Source of the DNA: a virus
IMG/VR virus record: IMGVR_UViG_3300013939_000001
Coordinates: 1 to 64,000 of that record
Reading direction: 5' to 3' (one strand)
DNA: 64,000 bases
Below the pieces are notes generated by a model. That model saw only the letters and a program-made list of their open reading frames with translations. It searched no databases and had not been told where the DNA came from. Shown here one piece after another: positions 1 through 8,854 of the stretch (within the stretch, counting starts at the first letter, position 1; every line of letters begins with the position of its first letter). Position numbers and translations under genes: made by a program.

Positions 1-205
1 CGGCGCCGTAGACGCCTTCGATATAGCCCAGAGCCAGCTCCTGGCGTTCCTCGTCGATGTAGCGGATGTGGCGGGGGTTGTCGGCGGCGGTGATGCGGAT
101 GTTCAGTCCCGGCAGAACTTCCAGGGTCAGACCATCCAGACGATCCAGCGGGAACACCTTGGGGGTCGGCGCGGACGGTTGACCTTCATCGATGAATTCG
201 GACAC
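1..205 (-). CDS. hypothetical protein, N-terminal part only (gene continues beyond left edge)
   Basis: GTG at 205-203 preceded by GGAGTTAACTC junction (SD GGAG 216-213); frame open to position 1 (MSEFIDEGQPSAPTPKVFPLDRLDG...). Confidence 0.5.
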   Translation of the reverse strand, partial: MSEFIDEGQPSAPTPKVFPLDRLDGLTLEVLPGLNIRITAADNPRHIRYIDEERQELALGYIEGVYGA

Positions 206-217
206 GAGTTAACTCCC

Positions 218-865
218 TTAATTGATGGTTTTGTTGGTGGGTTCGGTTTTGGTAGCAGCTTCGATCATGCGCTGACGATCCATCATGCGCAGCGCGGCAG
301 CATGGTTGTAGTGGACGATGAGATACATGCCATCGATGAATCCACGTGCGAAGAACATGCTACCGTCAGGGTTGGCCGCTACACGCATCTCCACGCCAGT
401 CAGCAGCTGGATGTAGCACGCCCAATGCAGCCACATCACGTAGCGATTGGTGACTGTCTGGATACCCACCGATTCGGGCAGCTCTTTCCAGACAGTGGCG
501 TCCATGGCGGTATCGGGATCAGGCTGAAGTGGGACGCCGACGAACTTGGCACTCTCCAACTCCTGCCCAGTCACCGATCCGGGTTCGAGAAGCAGGATGC
601 CGAAGAGCGCCCAGTCCATTCCGTCACGCGTTTCCATACCCACGTTGGCCATGCGGGTCATGAAACCCTTCTCGCCGTCGGGGTATGTCTGGAAGGCCAG
701 ATGCAGGGGACTGCTGTCGGTGATGCCCATCAGCCGTTCCTGCGCTTCTTCGGTCTTGACGCTGGCGGCCAGGAGGGACTCGATCAGGTAATCGGGCCAA
801 CGCTGTTTGCTCAGCACCTCCCACAGATCGTTGCTGCGGGAGAGATGGATGTCTTTTTCAGTCAT
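218..865 (-). CDS. hypothetical protein (215 aa)
   Basis: ORF track; ATG 865 preceded by AGAGTAAACTC cassette; GC3-rich codons; no domain recognised. Confidence 0.7.
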   Translation of the reverse strand: MTEKDIHLSRSNDLWEVLSKQRWPDYLIESLLAASVKTEEAQERLMGITDSSPLHLAFQTYPDGEKGFMTRMANVGMETRDGMDWALFGILLLEPGSVTGQELESAKFVGVPLQPDPDTAMDATVWKELPESVGIQTVTNRYVMWLHWACYIQLLTGVEMRVAANPDGSMFFARGFIDGMYLIVHYNHAAALRMMDRQRMIEAATKTEPTNKTIN

Positions 866-950
866 GAGTTTACTCTACATGTCGAGTGAGGTGCATTTGT
901 AAGATGGGGCGGGGCTGTATAGGAACAGCCCCTTCCAGGGACTTTTTACG

Positions 951-1274
951 TCAGTAATTCTCAGGATCGCGATCGCTCAGGATCGTCAAGATGACGTTTC
1001 CTTCCAAATCACGAGCGGCTTGACGGGAGAGCGCCACTTCCATCTTCGCACCATTGGCGCGATAGAAGACCAGCTCTTCGCGCTTGGACTTGACGACCAT
1101 GATCGGACCGTTCGAATAGGAGTTGAGCGGATGGTTGTTTTTCTCGTCGAAAACTCCGCTCCCGTAAACACGGACCTCCACGCCGGGTTTATTGCGAATC
1201 AGCTCGGCCAGAGCGGTGTAGAACAGGACAGGCGGAACATCGCCTTGGCGAGGATAATTGTAATCGTGCGACAC
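951..1274 (-). CDS. hypothetical protein (107 aa)
   Basis: Frame of ORF 951..1415; start placed at GTG 1274, 5 nt after TAA of upstream gene inside junction GGAGTAAACTCGTG. Confidence 0.6.
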   Translation of the reverse strand: MSHDYNYPRQGDVPPVLFYTALAELIRNKPGVEVRVYGSGVFDEKNNHPLNSYSNGPIMVVKSKREELVFYRANGAKMEVALSRQAARDLEGNVILTILSDRDPENY

Positions 1275-1278
1275 GAGT

Positions 1279-2274
1279 TTACTCCTGGTTGGTATTTTCG
1301 GAATCGCGAGCAGGTTCGTACCCGCTCGATTTGACGAGACCCGACTGATCGTCCTGAAGCAACGCAGCGGTCTCGCCAGACACCCAGATCGTGTGTCCGT
1401 CGAACATACGGTCACGAGAGACCTTCGACGTCAGTCCCATCTCGACCATGACCACTCCATCGACCCGGACGATGACCATGTGCTCAAAGAGCATGCAGAG
1501 CACCACGTCATGACCTGCAGCTCGCAAGGTACGAATCAGTGGCGCCATGAGCTCCAGACCTTCAGTGTCGGTGAGCTCTTTCTCCAACATCAGCGGTTCG
1601 CCTTCGCTGAAGGATCTCGGCTGCACGTACTCCCGTGGCGGGATGACTACCGGCTCCTGCTGGAACAGCTGGGCGTAGTGCAGATGGAATACACCCATCA
1701 CGCCATCGCGGTTGATGAACACCGAGATACGCTCGGAATGATGGGTCGCCGTAACCAGCAGCTGACGCTCGACGGCCAACTTGATCAAGCGCTCGAAGAC
1801 CAGTGCCGGCACGGCGGTGAACTTGGCCGGCGTACGCAGATCCTTGGCGTATTTGGAGATGGCCTTCATGACCTGATTGTTATCGTGCGGACTGATCTGG
1901 CCGTACAGGCCGCAGATGATGTCCGTCCAGGTCTGCCGGGTTTCCAGGTACATCGTCTCGTAACTGATGACCCGCTGGCAGGTTTCGAAATCCAACGCTA
2001 CCGCACTGATGACGCTTTCGACGGGCGGCTCTTCATCACGCACCACGAACTTGGAAGTGACGCTGTCGATCGAATCGACCATGAAGCTCGGCTTCTGCGT
2101 GGTTTCCAGATTGTGGATCTGTGCGGTGGTGATACTCTCCAGATGAGCGCAGCGCAGCAGCTCCAGATCGTTGGGATCGAAGCCGGCCTCGAGATATGCC
2201 TTTTTCTGGGAGTCGTAGTGGAGCATCAGATGGCGGCGAGCGAAAGCGTCACTAACTTTGTTATTGTCTTGCAC
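1279..2274 (-). CDS. hypothetical protein (331 aa)
   Basis: ORF track; GTG start 2274 preceded by GGAGTAAACTC; no domain recognised. Confidence 0.75.
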   Translation of the reverse strand: MQDNNKVSDAFARRHLMLHYDSQKKAYLEAGFDPNDLELLRCAHLESITTAQIHNLETTQKPSFMVDSIDSVTSKFVVRDEEPPVESVISAVALDFETCQRVISYETMYLETRQTWTDIICGLYGQISPHDNNQVMKAISKYAKDLRTPAKFTAVPALVFERLIKLAVERQLLVTATHHSERISVFINRDGVMGVFHLHYAQLFQQEPVVIPPREYVQPRSFSEGEPLMLEKELTDTEGLELMAPLIRTLRAAGHDVVLCMLFEHMVIVRVDGVVMVEMGLTSKVSRDRMFDGHTIWVSGETAALLQDDQSGLVKSSGYEPARDSENTNQE

Positions 2275-2294
2275 GAGTTTACTCCGGGGATTCG

Positions 2295-2924
2295 TCAGGG
2301 GGCGGTTTTTCGTATAGCGCGATTGAGGTGCATCAATCCTAGGTAGGAATAGATCCAGTTTACGACATATGTACCGCGAGCATAGCTGATTTGAAACTGC
2401 TGCTTCTCGGGATCGTGAGACACATGCAGTTTCTTATTGCTAATTACTTGTAACATGCGTTCAAAGATAACCAGGCTGTCGGGCACGACAATCTGCCCGT
2501 CAAACTCGGTGTGGGCGATTTCCATCACCGTTTCCAGGATCGAGTACTGATTCTCTCCCTCCATGTAAGGAAGGGTCTCGCCCACTTTTTCTGCAATTTC
2601 CGCCATCACTTCGAGCGCTTTCTGGCGATCACCGACCCAATACAAACGGTAAAAGATGGTGGGCGCCCCGTGTTCGACAAACTGAAGTTGCGTGGTACAT
2701 TCAACCTGCAGATCCGATGCAGTGTCTTGCACTTTGAGTGGAGAACGAGTGGAGTCAAATAGCAAGGTCCCTCGGTCCGAGTTGTTGAGGATGTCGGCCA
2801 TCGATTCGTGGGATCGAGCGAACAAATCAAAGTCCGCCGCAAGCATCCCTGACGACAACGCGCCACCGCGCTGCGTCGCATATGCGCGACGCAGCTGAAT
2901 CCTGGAAAAATTCGATGTGTTCAT
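2295..2924 (-). CDS. hypothetical protein (209 aa)
   Basis: ORF track; co-directional, tightly spaced; no domain recognised. Confidence 0.7.
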   Translation of the reverse strand: MNTSNFSRIQLRRAYATQRGGALSSGMLAADFDLFARSHESMADILNNSDRGTLLFDSTRSPLKVQDTASDLQVECTTQLQFVEHGAPTIFYRLYWVGDRQKALEVMAEIAEKVGETLPYMEGENQYSILETVMEIAHTEFDGQIVVPDSLVIFERMLQVISNKKLHVSHDPEKQQFQISYARGTYVVNWIYSYLGLMHLNRAIRKTAP

Positions 2925-2943
2925 GTATCGGTCTCGGCATAAA

Positions 2944-2973
2944 CTCCCCTCCTGACGTGAGTCAGGAGGGGAG
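2944..2973 (-). terminator. intrinsic-terminator-like hairpin followed by TTTATGCCG
   Basis: 13-bp perfect stem CTCCCCTCCTGAC/GTCAGGAGGGGAG, loop GTGA, 6 nt after stop of 2980..3597; minus-strand tail TTTATGCCGAG (2935-2943). Confidence 0.65.
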
Positions 2974-2979
2974 GGAAAG

Positions 2980-3597
2980 CTACAGTGAGGCAGCGTAGAA
3001 GCTATGGCCGTCGATGGTGATCGTTCGAGTCATGGCGCGCGGCGCCCTCAAACGTGCTTGACGGAACTGGATGCTGTCGCCTACCGGGTTTTCGACCCGG
3101 CCTTCCATGATGTCGATGGCGACCTTACGCGATGCTTCGTACATGGCCGGGTAGCGGATCTTTGCAGCCGCTTTGCCACAGGCCCAGGAGAATTGACAGC
3201 CGTGCTTGCGATCGTACGCAACGCCACAGGCGGTCTTGGGGTATTGAGGATGACCCATGCGATTGAGGACTACATAGCCCACACCAATCTGGCCAATCTC
3301 ACGTTCGGAACGACTTTCGTGGTAGATCACATCGGTCAGACACCTGATCTCGGCAGCGGTCATGACGATGTTGGCTCTCTGATAGAGCGCAGGGTTCAAG
3401 GGAATGGTTCGCTCACGGACGGTCAGTTCCGGAGTCTTGATCGCCACTTCCTGTTGTGCGATGTGCGGGTACTGGATTTCCGGCTGGACGAACTCGGTCT
3501 TAGCTGTCGGCAGGAAATGAGGTTTGACGGTGGAGCAGGCGCTGGAGGTCAGGGTGAAGAGGGTAATGACCAGCAGCTTGGTGAAAAGAGACTTCAT
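2980..3597 (-). CDS. SleB/CwlJ-family cell wall hydrolase, predicted lipoprotein (205 aa)
   Basis: Signal/lipobox MKSLFTKLLVITLFTLTSSAC; C-terminal half has Hydrolase_2-type motifs IRCLTDVIYHESRSE, GQIGVGYVVLNRM, CGVAYDRKHGCQFSWACG. Confidence 0.75.
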   Translation of the reverse strand: MKSLFTKLLVITLFTLTSSACSTVKPHFLPTAKTEFVQPEIQYPHIAQQEVAIKTPELTVRERTIPLNPALYQRANIVMTAAEIRCLTDVIYHESRSEREIGQIGVGYVVLNRMGHPQYPKTACGVAYDRKHGCQFSWACGKAAAKIRYPAMYEASRKVAIDIMEGRVENPVGDSIQFRQARLRAPRAMTRTITIDGHSFYAASL

Positions 3598-3743
3598 ACG
3601 GGGATGACTCTAAAAGGGCTAGGCCCTACAGGAACGTCGTACTCGGCATCTCAGCTTGGCACTGACCTGAAGGGAGCGTTAAGGTAAACGCTAGTGACTC
3701 CAGTGGAAAGAGGGTGGAATTGTCGTATAACATAGCGGACGCA

Positions 3744-4181
3744 TTAAGCGTCCGCCATATCCCATGCCAGGATCTCCATCATCCCATCGGGACGACGGAC
3801 CAGACGCGGAACCAGCTTGAATTCGGCGTCTTTGATGACGGCCTTGGCGATGTTCTGCTTCGGTCCGTACAGCAACACGTCGGCCGACAGGTGTACGCCG
3901 TCGGGGCAGCGATCCTTGTAGCGGCGACGGATCTCGATGGCGAAACCGACCTGGGTATCATCGACGGTGTTCAGTCGAAGCTGCCAGGCCGAATCGGACA
4001 TGTCCTTCGGACGGTACGGCTCATCGACCTCGCCGTAGATGGTGCGATCGACCTTGGTGTGACGCTCGATCAGGTTGAACAGCTCTTCACGGCGAATCAT
4101 CACGCCGCGTGCTGCCAGGTCCTTGGTGGTGACGTCGAACGAAAGACGCGTGCGCGTCGGGCTGAGCTTTTCAGTCCTCAT
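3744..4181 (-). CDS. hypothetical protein (145 aa)
   Basis: Frame of ORF 3744..4286; start placed at ATG 4181 (MRTEKLSP...), 11-nt overlap with upstream stop; longer N-terminus would overlap gene 4171..4602. Confidence 0.6.
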   Translation of the reverse strand: MRTEKLSPTRTRLSFDVTTKDLAARGVMIRREELFNLIERHTKVDRTIYGEVDEPYRPKDMSDSAWQLRLNTVDDTQVGFAIEIRRRYKDRCPDGVHLSADVLLYGPKQNIAKAVIKDAEFKLVPRLVRRPDGMMEILAWDMADA

Positions 4182-4602
4182 GCGGTGCAGTTCCCAGGTA
4201 AGTGACCTCAACGGGCATGACTCCGTCGGGGCGAATGAACAACCTCGTAGTGAGCGTAGCGTATTCCCGCAGGCCGGTTCGATCAAACTTGAAACCGTGG
4301 CCCGAAGGAGCAGCCACGCAGTCAGGTTCGACGCACAGTCGATAGAGGTGACGGCCCGCCATCAGCTCGAAATTGAACTTCCCCAGATAGGAGGGCAGTT
4401 CGATATAGGTCGGATGGTCGGACGGATGTGCAATGATCGGGCAATAGAACTGTTCGATGTTCTGGCGAGTGATCAGTTCCTCTTCCTGAGTCCAGAAGTA
4501 ACAGAGCTGTTCGCTCTTACTGTCCAGGTTGAGATGCCCCCTGGGCCAGATCGTCAAATCTGGCCGCAGGTACTGGATGTTGCGCCCCGTCAGGCGAAAC
4601 AC
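4171..4602 (-). CDS. hypothetical protein (143 aa)
   Basis: ORF track; GTG 4602 with GGGAG 7 nt upstream. Confidence 0.65.
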   Translation of the reverse strand: MFRLTGRNIQYLRPDLTIWPRGHLNLDSKSEQLCYFWTQEEELITRQNIEQFYCPIIAHPSDHPTYIELPSYLGKFNFELMAGRHLYRLCVEPDCVAAPSGHGFKFDRTGLREYATLTTRLFIRPDGVMPVEVTYLGTAPHED

Positions 4603-4910
4603 GGCGCCACTCCCAACATGTCCAGCCGCTCGTTGAGCTTGCGGAACTGATCGGGGAACTGCGTGTACGCGTCACCGCGTTCACGACGGGCCGTCACGAT
4701 GCCCAGGCCGCCATCGGGCGACCACTTACGGCGCATCAGCTTGTTGCGGTAGTGCTTGATCTCCTTCGCCTCGGCAGTGCCACGGATGGTGGCCAGGCGA
4801 CGGTTGAAACGAGCACGTGCCTGCTCTTCGGTTTCCTGACGCGCGGCCGGCTTGGTCGGTGCTGCGGCGCGCAGACTGGCGAAGGCATTGCGGATCTTGT
4901 TCGATGCCAT
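4590..4910 (-). CDS. hypothetical basic protein (106 aa)
   Basis: ORF track; Arg/Lys-rich; 13-nt overlap with downstream gene. Confidence 0.6.
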   Translation of the reverse strand: MASNKIRNAFASLRAAAPTKPAARQETEEQARARFNRRLATIRGTAEAKEIKHYRNKLMRRKWSPDGGLGIVTARRERGDAYTQFPDQFRKLNERLDMLGVAPCFA

Positions 4911-4975
4911 GTTGAATACCTCTAAAGGTCATAAGAAATGGATGGGTGTAAGAAAACACCCACCCTAGGGAGGGT

Positions 4976-5677
4976 TTACTCGGGGCCAGCCAGGCGGCCG
5001 GTGTCGGGACGGAACTTGCCGTAGCGGCCGTTGATCGGGTAGTACTTGTTGGCCAGATCGGTCAGTCGGGCGGCGGGAATGCCGTAGTCCGAGCTGACGC
5101 CGATCTTGGTGTACATCTGGGAGTTGTGGGTGTAGCAGTTGACCTCACCATCGCGGTAGGTCACCAGGACGATGTCGGAGCGAACCCAGCGTTTCTCGAC
5201 GTGGGCGATGTCCCTGGCATGCTCGTTGGTCAACAACGCCGCCACGAAGGCGATGTTCGATGCCGGCTTGTGGGGACCGAGGCTGTCGTACATCTTGACG
5301 ACATCACCGACCTGCGGAACGTAGTGGCTCGACAGACGATCGTCGATGTACTCGTTGAAGGCCGGCATGGCCGCTTCGATGCAGCGCTTCTGGAACATAC
5401 CGAAAGCGCGGTCGATCTCGTTCAGTGCCGGCAGGACGTAGTCGTTCAGCCGTTCCTTGTCCAGCTCACCCGGCAAGGCCAGGCCGTCGGCATCCACCAG
5501 ACGCAGGGTGTAGTGCTTCAGGCAGGCCGAGGTCTTGCAGCGATCGTCGTGGGTGGCAGCCACCTTATGCTGGATGCGCCCGTCCGACTTCAGGTGAAGC
5601 TTGACTTCCTCCCCGAACACGCCGGCGAGAATGGTGACCGCCATCAGCGAGTCGGTGATATCTTTCTCAAGTGCCAT
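4976..5677 (-). CDS. hypothetical protein (233 aa)
   Basis: ORF track; no domain recognised. Confidence 0.7.
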   Translation of the reverse strand: MALEKDITDSLMAVTILAGVFGEEVKLHLKSDGRIQHKVAATHDDRCKTSACLKHYTLRLVDADGLALPGELDKERLNDYVLPALNEIDRAFGMFQKRCIEAAMPAFNEYIDDRLSSHYVPQVGDVVKMYDSLGPHKPASNIAFVAALLTNEHARDIAHVEKRWVRSDIVLVTYRDGEVNCYTHNSQMYTKIGVSSDYGIPAARLTDLANKYYPINGRYGKFRPDTGRLAGPE

Positions 5678-5689
5678 GCGTTGTTACTC

Positions 5690-6328
5690 CTAGAGTTCGC
5701 GGAAATGGACAGGGGTTTCGGTTTCGTACTGGGCGATGTCATCCGGCCAGGGCGCGGTAGCGTGGAGCAGGATGTCGTGACCCAGCTCGGCGCTGGGCAG
5801 ACCCTGGACCACCGTGAAGTCGGCACTGATACGGTCGTCAGTGGCCTTGGAGACGGCACGCAGGATCTCCATGGGGGTCAGATCGAAGACGCTGTCCAGG
5901 AGCTCTGCGGTGGCCGCTCCGCCGCCCCAGAACAGGCGACGCTCGCCGTACTCGTGGATGACGACCTTGCCAGACAGGAACTGCAGCTCGTGGATGCGCT
6001 TGTCGGTGAACACCAGGGCCTTACTGTGCTTCTGACCCTTACTGTTGCCGGCCAGGTAGTCGGAGAAGTGCTCGATGACTCCTTCCGGCGTGAGGCCCTT
6101 GTGTTCCATCATCCAGTGGGCATGGCCGAAGTTGTGCAGCCCACCGGTGCCGGAGGTGACCAGGATCTTTTCGCGCTTGCCGGTATCTTCGGCCTTGAAC
6201 TTGATGCGGTCGCGCTTCTTGGGCACGATCAGCTTGTTCACGCGTTCGGGCTTGGATTCGCCGACGCGATGGCGGTGACGGTCGGCATACAGCCGGTTGG
6301 TTTGGTGATCGTAAATGATGAGGGTCAT
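5690..6328 (-). CDS. HslV/proteasome-beta-like Ntn hydrolase, paralogue 1 (212 aa)
   Basis: Start placed at ATG 6328, which gives Met-Thr N-terminus MTLIIYDHQTNRLYADR. Later VNKL, LVTSGTGG and FWGGGAATAEL are colinear with HslV Thr1 / GDG / Lys33 / GFAGG / GSGG. The longer ORF-track start lies inside the terminator tail. Confidence 0.5.
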   Translation of the reverse strand: MTLIIYDHQTNRLYADRHRHRVGESKPERVNKLIVPKKRDRIKFKAEDTGKREKILVTSGTGGLHNFGHAHWMMEHKGLTPEGVIEHFSDYLAGNSKGQKHSKALVFTDKRIHELQFLSGKVVIHEYGERRLFWGGGAATAELLDSVFDLTPMEILRAVSKATDDRISADFTVVQGLPSAELGHDILLHATAPWPDDIAQYETETPVHFREL

Positions 6329-6356
6329 CGGAAGATTCCGGAGTGAGGGCATAAAA

Positions 6357-6379
6357 CCCAGTCCGATACGCGGACTGGG
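6357..6379 (-). terminator. intrinsic-terminator-like hairpin + TTTTATGCCC
   Basis: Stem CCCAGTCCG/CGGACTGGG, loop 5 nt, 8 nt after stop of 6387..6746; minus-strand tail TTTTATGCCC (6347-6356). Confidence 0.7.
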
Positions 6380-6386
6380 CTAGGAA

Positions 6387-6746
6387 TTAGCGAAGCAGTT
6401 CCTGGAGCATGCAGATGCGTTCGAAGTCGGCGATGGTGCGAACCAGGCCACGGCGGATGGTTGCGTCATCGGTAGTCTTCATTTCCTGCTGAAGCGCTCT
6501 GATCTTCAGACGCGCTTGGACCGGGTTGAGCTGCTGAACTTCGACACCGTACTTGACGGAGTAATAGCCGAAGATCAGGAATTGAGCTCTCACGCGGGCG
6601 CAGGGACGCAGATCGGTTGTCGGGTAAATCGATGTTTCTTCCAGCGGGTCAGCTGCTTGTTTCATGACGATCGGTGTACGTGGTGAGCTCATATTATCGC
6701 TCAACGAAACCGAGACGGACAGGGAACAGGCGGTAGCAGCAGTCAT
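6387..6746 (-). CDS. hypothetical protein (119 aa)
   Basis: Frame of ORF 6387..6791; start placed at ATG 6746 preceded by GGGAGTTAACTCTG cassette. Confidence 0.55.
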   Translation of the reverse strand: MTAATACSLSVSVSLSDNMSSPRTPIVMKQAADPLEETSIYPTTDLRPCARVRAQFLIFGYYSVKYGVEVQQLNPVQARLKIRALQQEMKTTDDATIRRGLVRTIADFERICMLQELLR

Positions 6747-6789
6747 CAGAGTTAACTCCCGTTTTGATGATGGAGTAACGGAGGGTTCC

Positions 6790-6818
6790 ATTACAAAAGC
6801 ATGTTATGTGTCTGTAAA
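6790..6818 (-). promoter_or_regulatory. sigma70-like promoter TTTACA-17-TGTAAT
   Basis: Minus strand TTTACAgacacataacatgctttTGTAAT, about 40 nt upstream of ATG 6746 and just downstream of terminator 6829..6859; overlaps the 30-nt intergenic motif. Confidence 0.5.
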
Positions 6819-6828
6819 TCGGTTGAAT

Positions 6829-6859
6829 AACAAAAAAAAAACGAGCCCCGAAGGGCTCG
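6829..6859 (-). terminator. rho-independent terminator
   Basis: Stem CGAGCCC/GGGCTCG with loop CGAA, followed on the minus strand by a run of 12 T; 10 nt after stop of 6870..7745. Confidence 0.85.
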
Positions 6860-6869
6860 TCTTATACCG

Positions 6870-7745
6870 TTAGGCCTTCAACGCCCAACCGCCGATGTTC
6901 AGCGGGTCGGGGGTCGTTTCCGTGACCGTGCCGAGTTCGGCACAGTAGGCGATCCACTGACGGCGCAGATCCGATTGGGTCTCGTCGTTGCTGGCGTCTT
7001 TGACCGCCGGATCGAACGCCCGGAAGAAATGTTCCAGCCAGCGACCTTCGTCTTCAGCGCTCCAGTTGGGCATGCAGCAGCTGCGGAAGAAGTTGATCAC
7101 GAAGCTGTAGTTGTCCCGGAGGTTGTTGACGAACGGGTAGGACAGCTCTTCCTGATTGAAGCCGGACACAACAGCCTTGGTCCGCAGGAATTGCATCAGC
7201 AACGTGGTGCGACGGTTGTACAGCAGGGCCGTTTCCGATCCCCACCTGTCGCTCTTGGCGCGACTCGCCTTGTCGGTCAGCTCACCCAGGCCGACGATCA
7301 GTTCCTTGCGGTAGATCGGAATGAGTTCACGGTCCAGATGGTACAGCCTGCGCGGAGCGTCGGACTCGACCAGCTTCCATTCCAGCTTGTTGGTGATCGC
7401 CCCCAGGTAGGGACGATAGGCCTTGTCATAAGGCTGCTCTTCCACGAAGCGATGCGTGTAGCCACGCTCGTTGATGATGTCCGGGTAGCAGATGTAGGAC
7501 AGGAACGGATTGTGACCGTTCTGGACGAAGAGCTGCACGCGCAGACAGCTTCCCTTAGGACGATAGTCGATCAGCAGACACACCGGCGGTTGTGGCTTCT
7601 GGGTGCGCAGGAAGATCATCTCGGACTGCACTTCTTCCGGCTTGGTGAACAGGGAACGGCACAGTTCGAACGTGGTCAGGACCCAGGCGAGATCGATTTC
7701 CTGATGGGCTTGCGGCACACGCTTGTGAAGTTCGATGTGGAGCAT
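6870..7745 (-). CDS. hypothetical protein (291 aa)
   Basis: ORF track; no domain recognised. Confidence 0.75.
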   Translation of the reverse strand: MLHIELHKRVPQAHQEIDLAWVLTTFELCRSLFTKPEEVQSEMIFLRTQKPQPPVCLLIDYRPKGSCLRVQLFVQNGHNPFLSYICYPDIINERGYTHRFVEEQPYDKAYRPYLGAITNKLEWKLVESDAPRRLYHLDRELIPIYRKELIVGLGELTDKASRAKSDRWGSETALLYNRRTTLLMQFLRTKAVVSGFNQEELSYPFVNNLRDNYSFVINFFRSCCMPNWSAEDEGRWLEHFFRAFDPAVKDASNDETQSDLRRQWIAYCAELGTVTETTPDPLNIGGWALKA

Positions 7746-7809
7746 GGTGTTTCCTTGGGTTGGGCACTACGGGGTCTAGGGGGCGTTACGGCATCCGTGC
7801 GGTATAAAA

Positions 7810-7832
7810 CCGCCTCCCATGAAGGGAGGCGG
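7810..7832 (-). terminator. intrinsic-terminator-like hairpin + TTTTATACCG
   Basis: Stem CCGCCTCCC/GGGAGGCGG, loop 5 nt, after stop of 7847..8782; minus-strand tail TTTTATACCG (7800-7809). Confidence 0.7.
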
Positions 7833-7846
7833 TTTACTTCACTCAC

Positions 7847-8782
7847 TTATTCGCCAACAGGTTCATCGTCCGTAAGATGCTTCAGGAGCATCGAACGGTA
7901 GATATCGGCCTTTCCGGTTTCGATCATGATCCTGTTGATGAAGCGCTGGAAATGCTCCAGCGGGACTGTGGTTGCGCGGAGCAGCGTAGCCAAAGCCGTG
8001 ACGAATTCCAGATCGTAATCATCTTTGGGCTCACCGACTTCCGGCCCATCGGAAGAACGCATGGCCAGATCACGCAGCTTCTGGAAAGCGAACAAAGCCG
8101 ACACGGTGGCTTCGTGGTCGGCGTAACAGACACTTTCCTGTTGCGTGAACTGACGCGTGATCAGATCGCGCAGGCCCTGAAGCATGGGATGGATCGAGGC
8201 AACTGCCGGATAGGGATGTCGATTCCCGCGACTGTCGTCCCAGAGGCGGTCGCCGAAGAGCTTCATGAGCTGACCGACAGCCACAACGGGGTCGACCGGC
8301 AGCGCATATACCGCGCGGTGCGTCCTTTTGGTCTCTGTGACCGTATCCCAGTAGTGTGCCACCCCACCTTCCGGAGCGCCATTGGTGGAAAGGACCCGGA
8401 TGAAACGCCCCGTGTAAGGACGCTGACCCTCCACTTCCATGACGATGGTGTTTTCCGACACGACGATGGTCGTGGAACGATTCTCCAAGTGCATGTACCA
8501 CTGCCGGGGATCGCGCGGATTGAGCCACATCCGTCCCATCCAAAGATGGTTGTAGCTGACGTTGTCGTCCGGAGCGGTGTTGCTGTACACGACACCGAAC
8601 TCGACCTGAGTCAGGCTGTCGTATCCGGGGAGGTCCTTGAGATAGCGTTTGCCGATATCCCGGACCATTTCAAAAATCTCGTCGTAGACGCGATTGAAAT
8701 TCTGACTGAGACTCGGGTCGAAGTCGGCTGTGAAATGGGCGACGTTTTCGACCACGGACATTTGCATTGCGATGTTGCTCAT
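7847..8782 (-). CDS. hypothetical protein, member 1 of a three-member paralogue family (311 aa)
   Basis: Start placed at ATG 8782 (MSNIAMQ...) with GGAGGG 5 nt upstream; shares layout with 9199..10194 and 10292..11374 (e.g. VVAVGQLMKLFG / TAYTQLMLYVLKRG / VAAVQQLMRLLRR). Confidence 0.7.
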   Translation of the reverse strand: MSNIAMQMSVVENVAHFTADFDPSLSQNFNRVYDEIFEMVRDIGKRYLKDLPGYDSLTQVEFGVVYSNTAPDDNVSYNHLWMGRMWLNPRDPRQWYMHLENRSTTIVVSENTIVMEVEGQRPYTGRFIRVLSTNGAPEGGVAHYWDTVTETKRTHRAVYALPVDPVVAVGQLMKLFGDRLWDDSRGNRHPYPAVASIHPMLQGLRDLITRQFTQQESVCYADHEATVSALFAFQKLRDLAMRSSDGPEVGEPKDDYDLEFVTALATLLRATTVPLEHFQRFINRIMIETGKADIYRSMLLKHLTDDEPVGE

Positions 8783-8854
8783 ATTGCCCTCCATTGGGCG
8801 TTTGGTGTATTGAGTGAGAGCCACAGGGCGGCGTGGATCACGCGGGTGAATCGA

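Noticed and set aside
2935-7809. Reading the TTTATG tails after hairpins as sigma70 -35 boxes.
   Set aside because: The hexamers 17 nt downstream (for example ACACAT, TCCGAT, CCCCCT) are not -10-like. Only the separate TTTACA/TTGACA/TTGACG sites listed as promoters have acceptable -10 partners.
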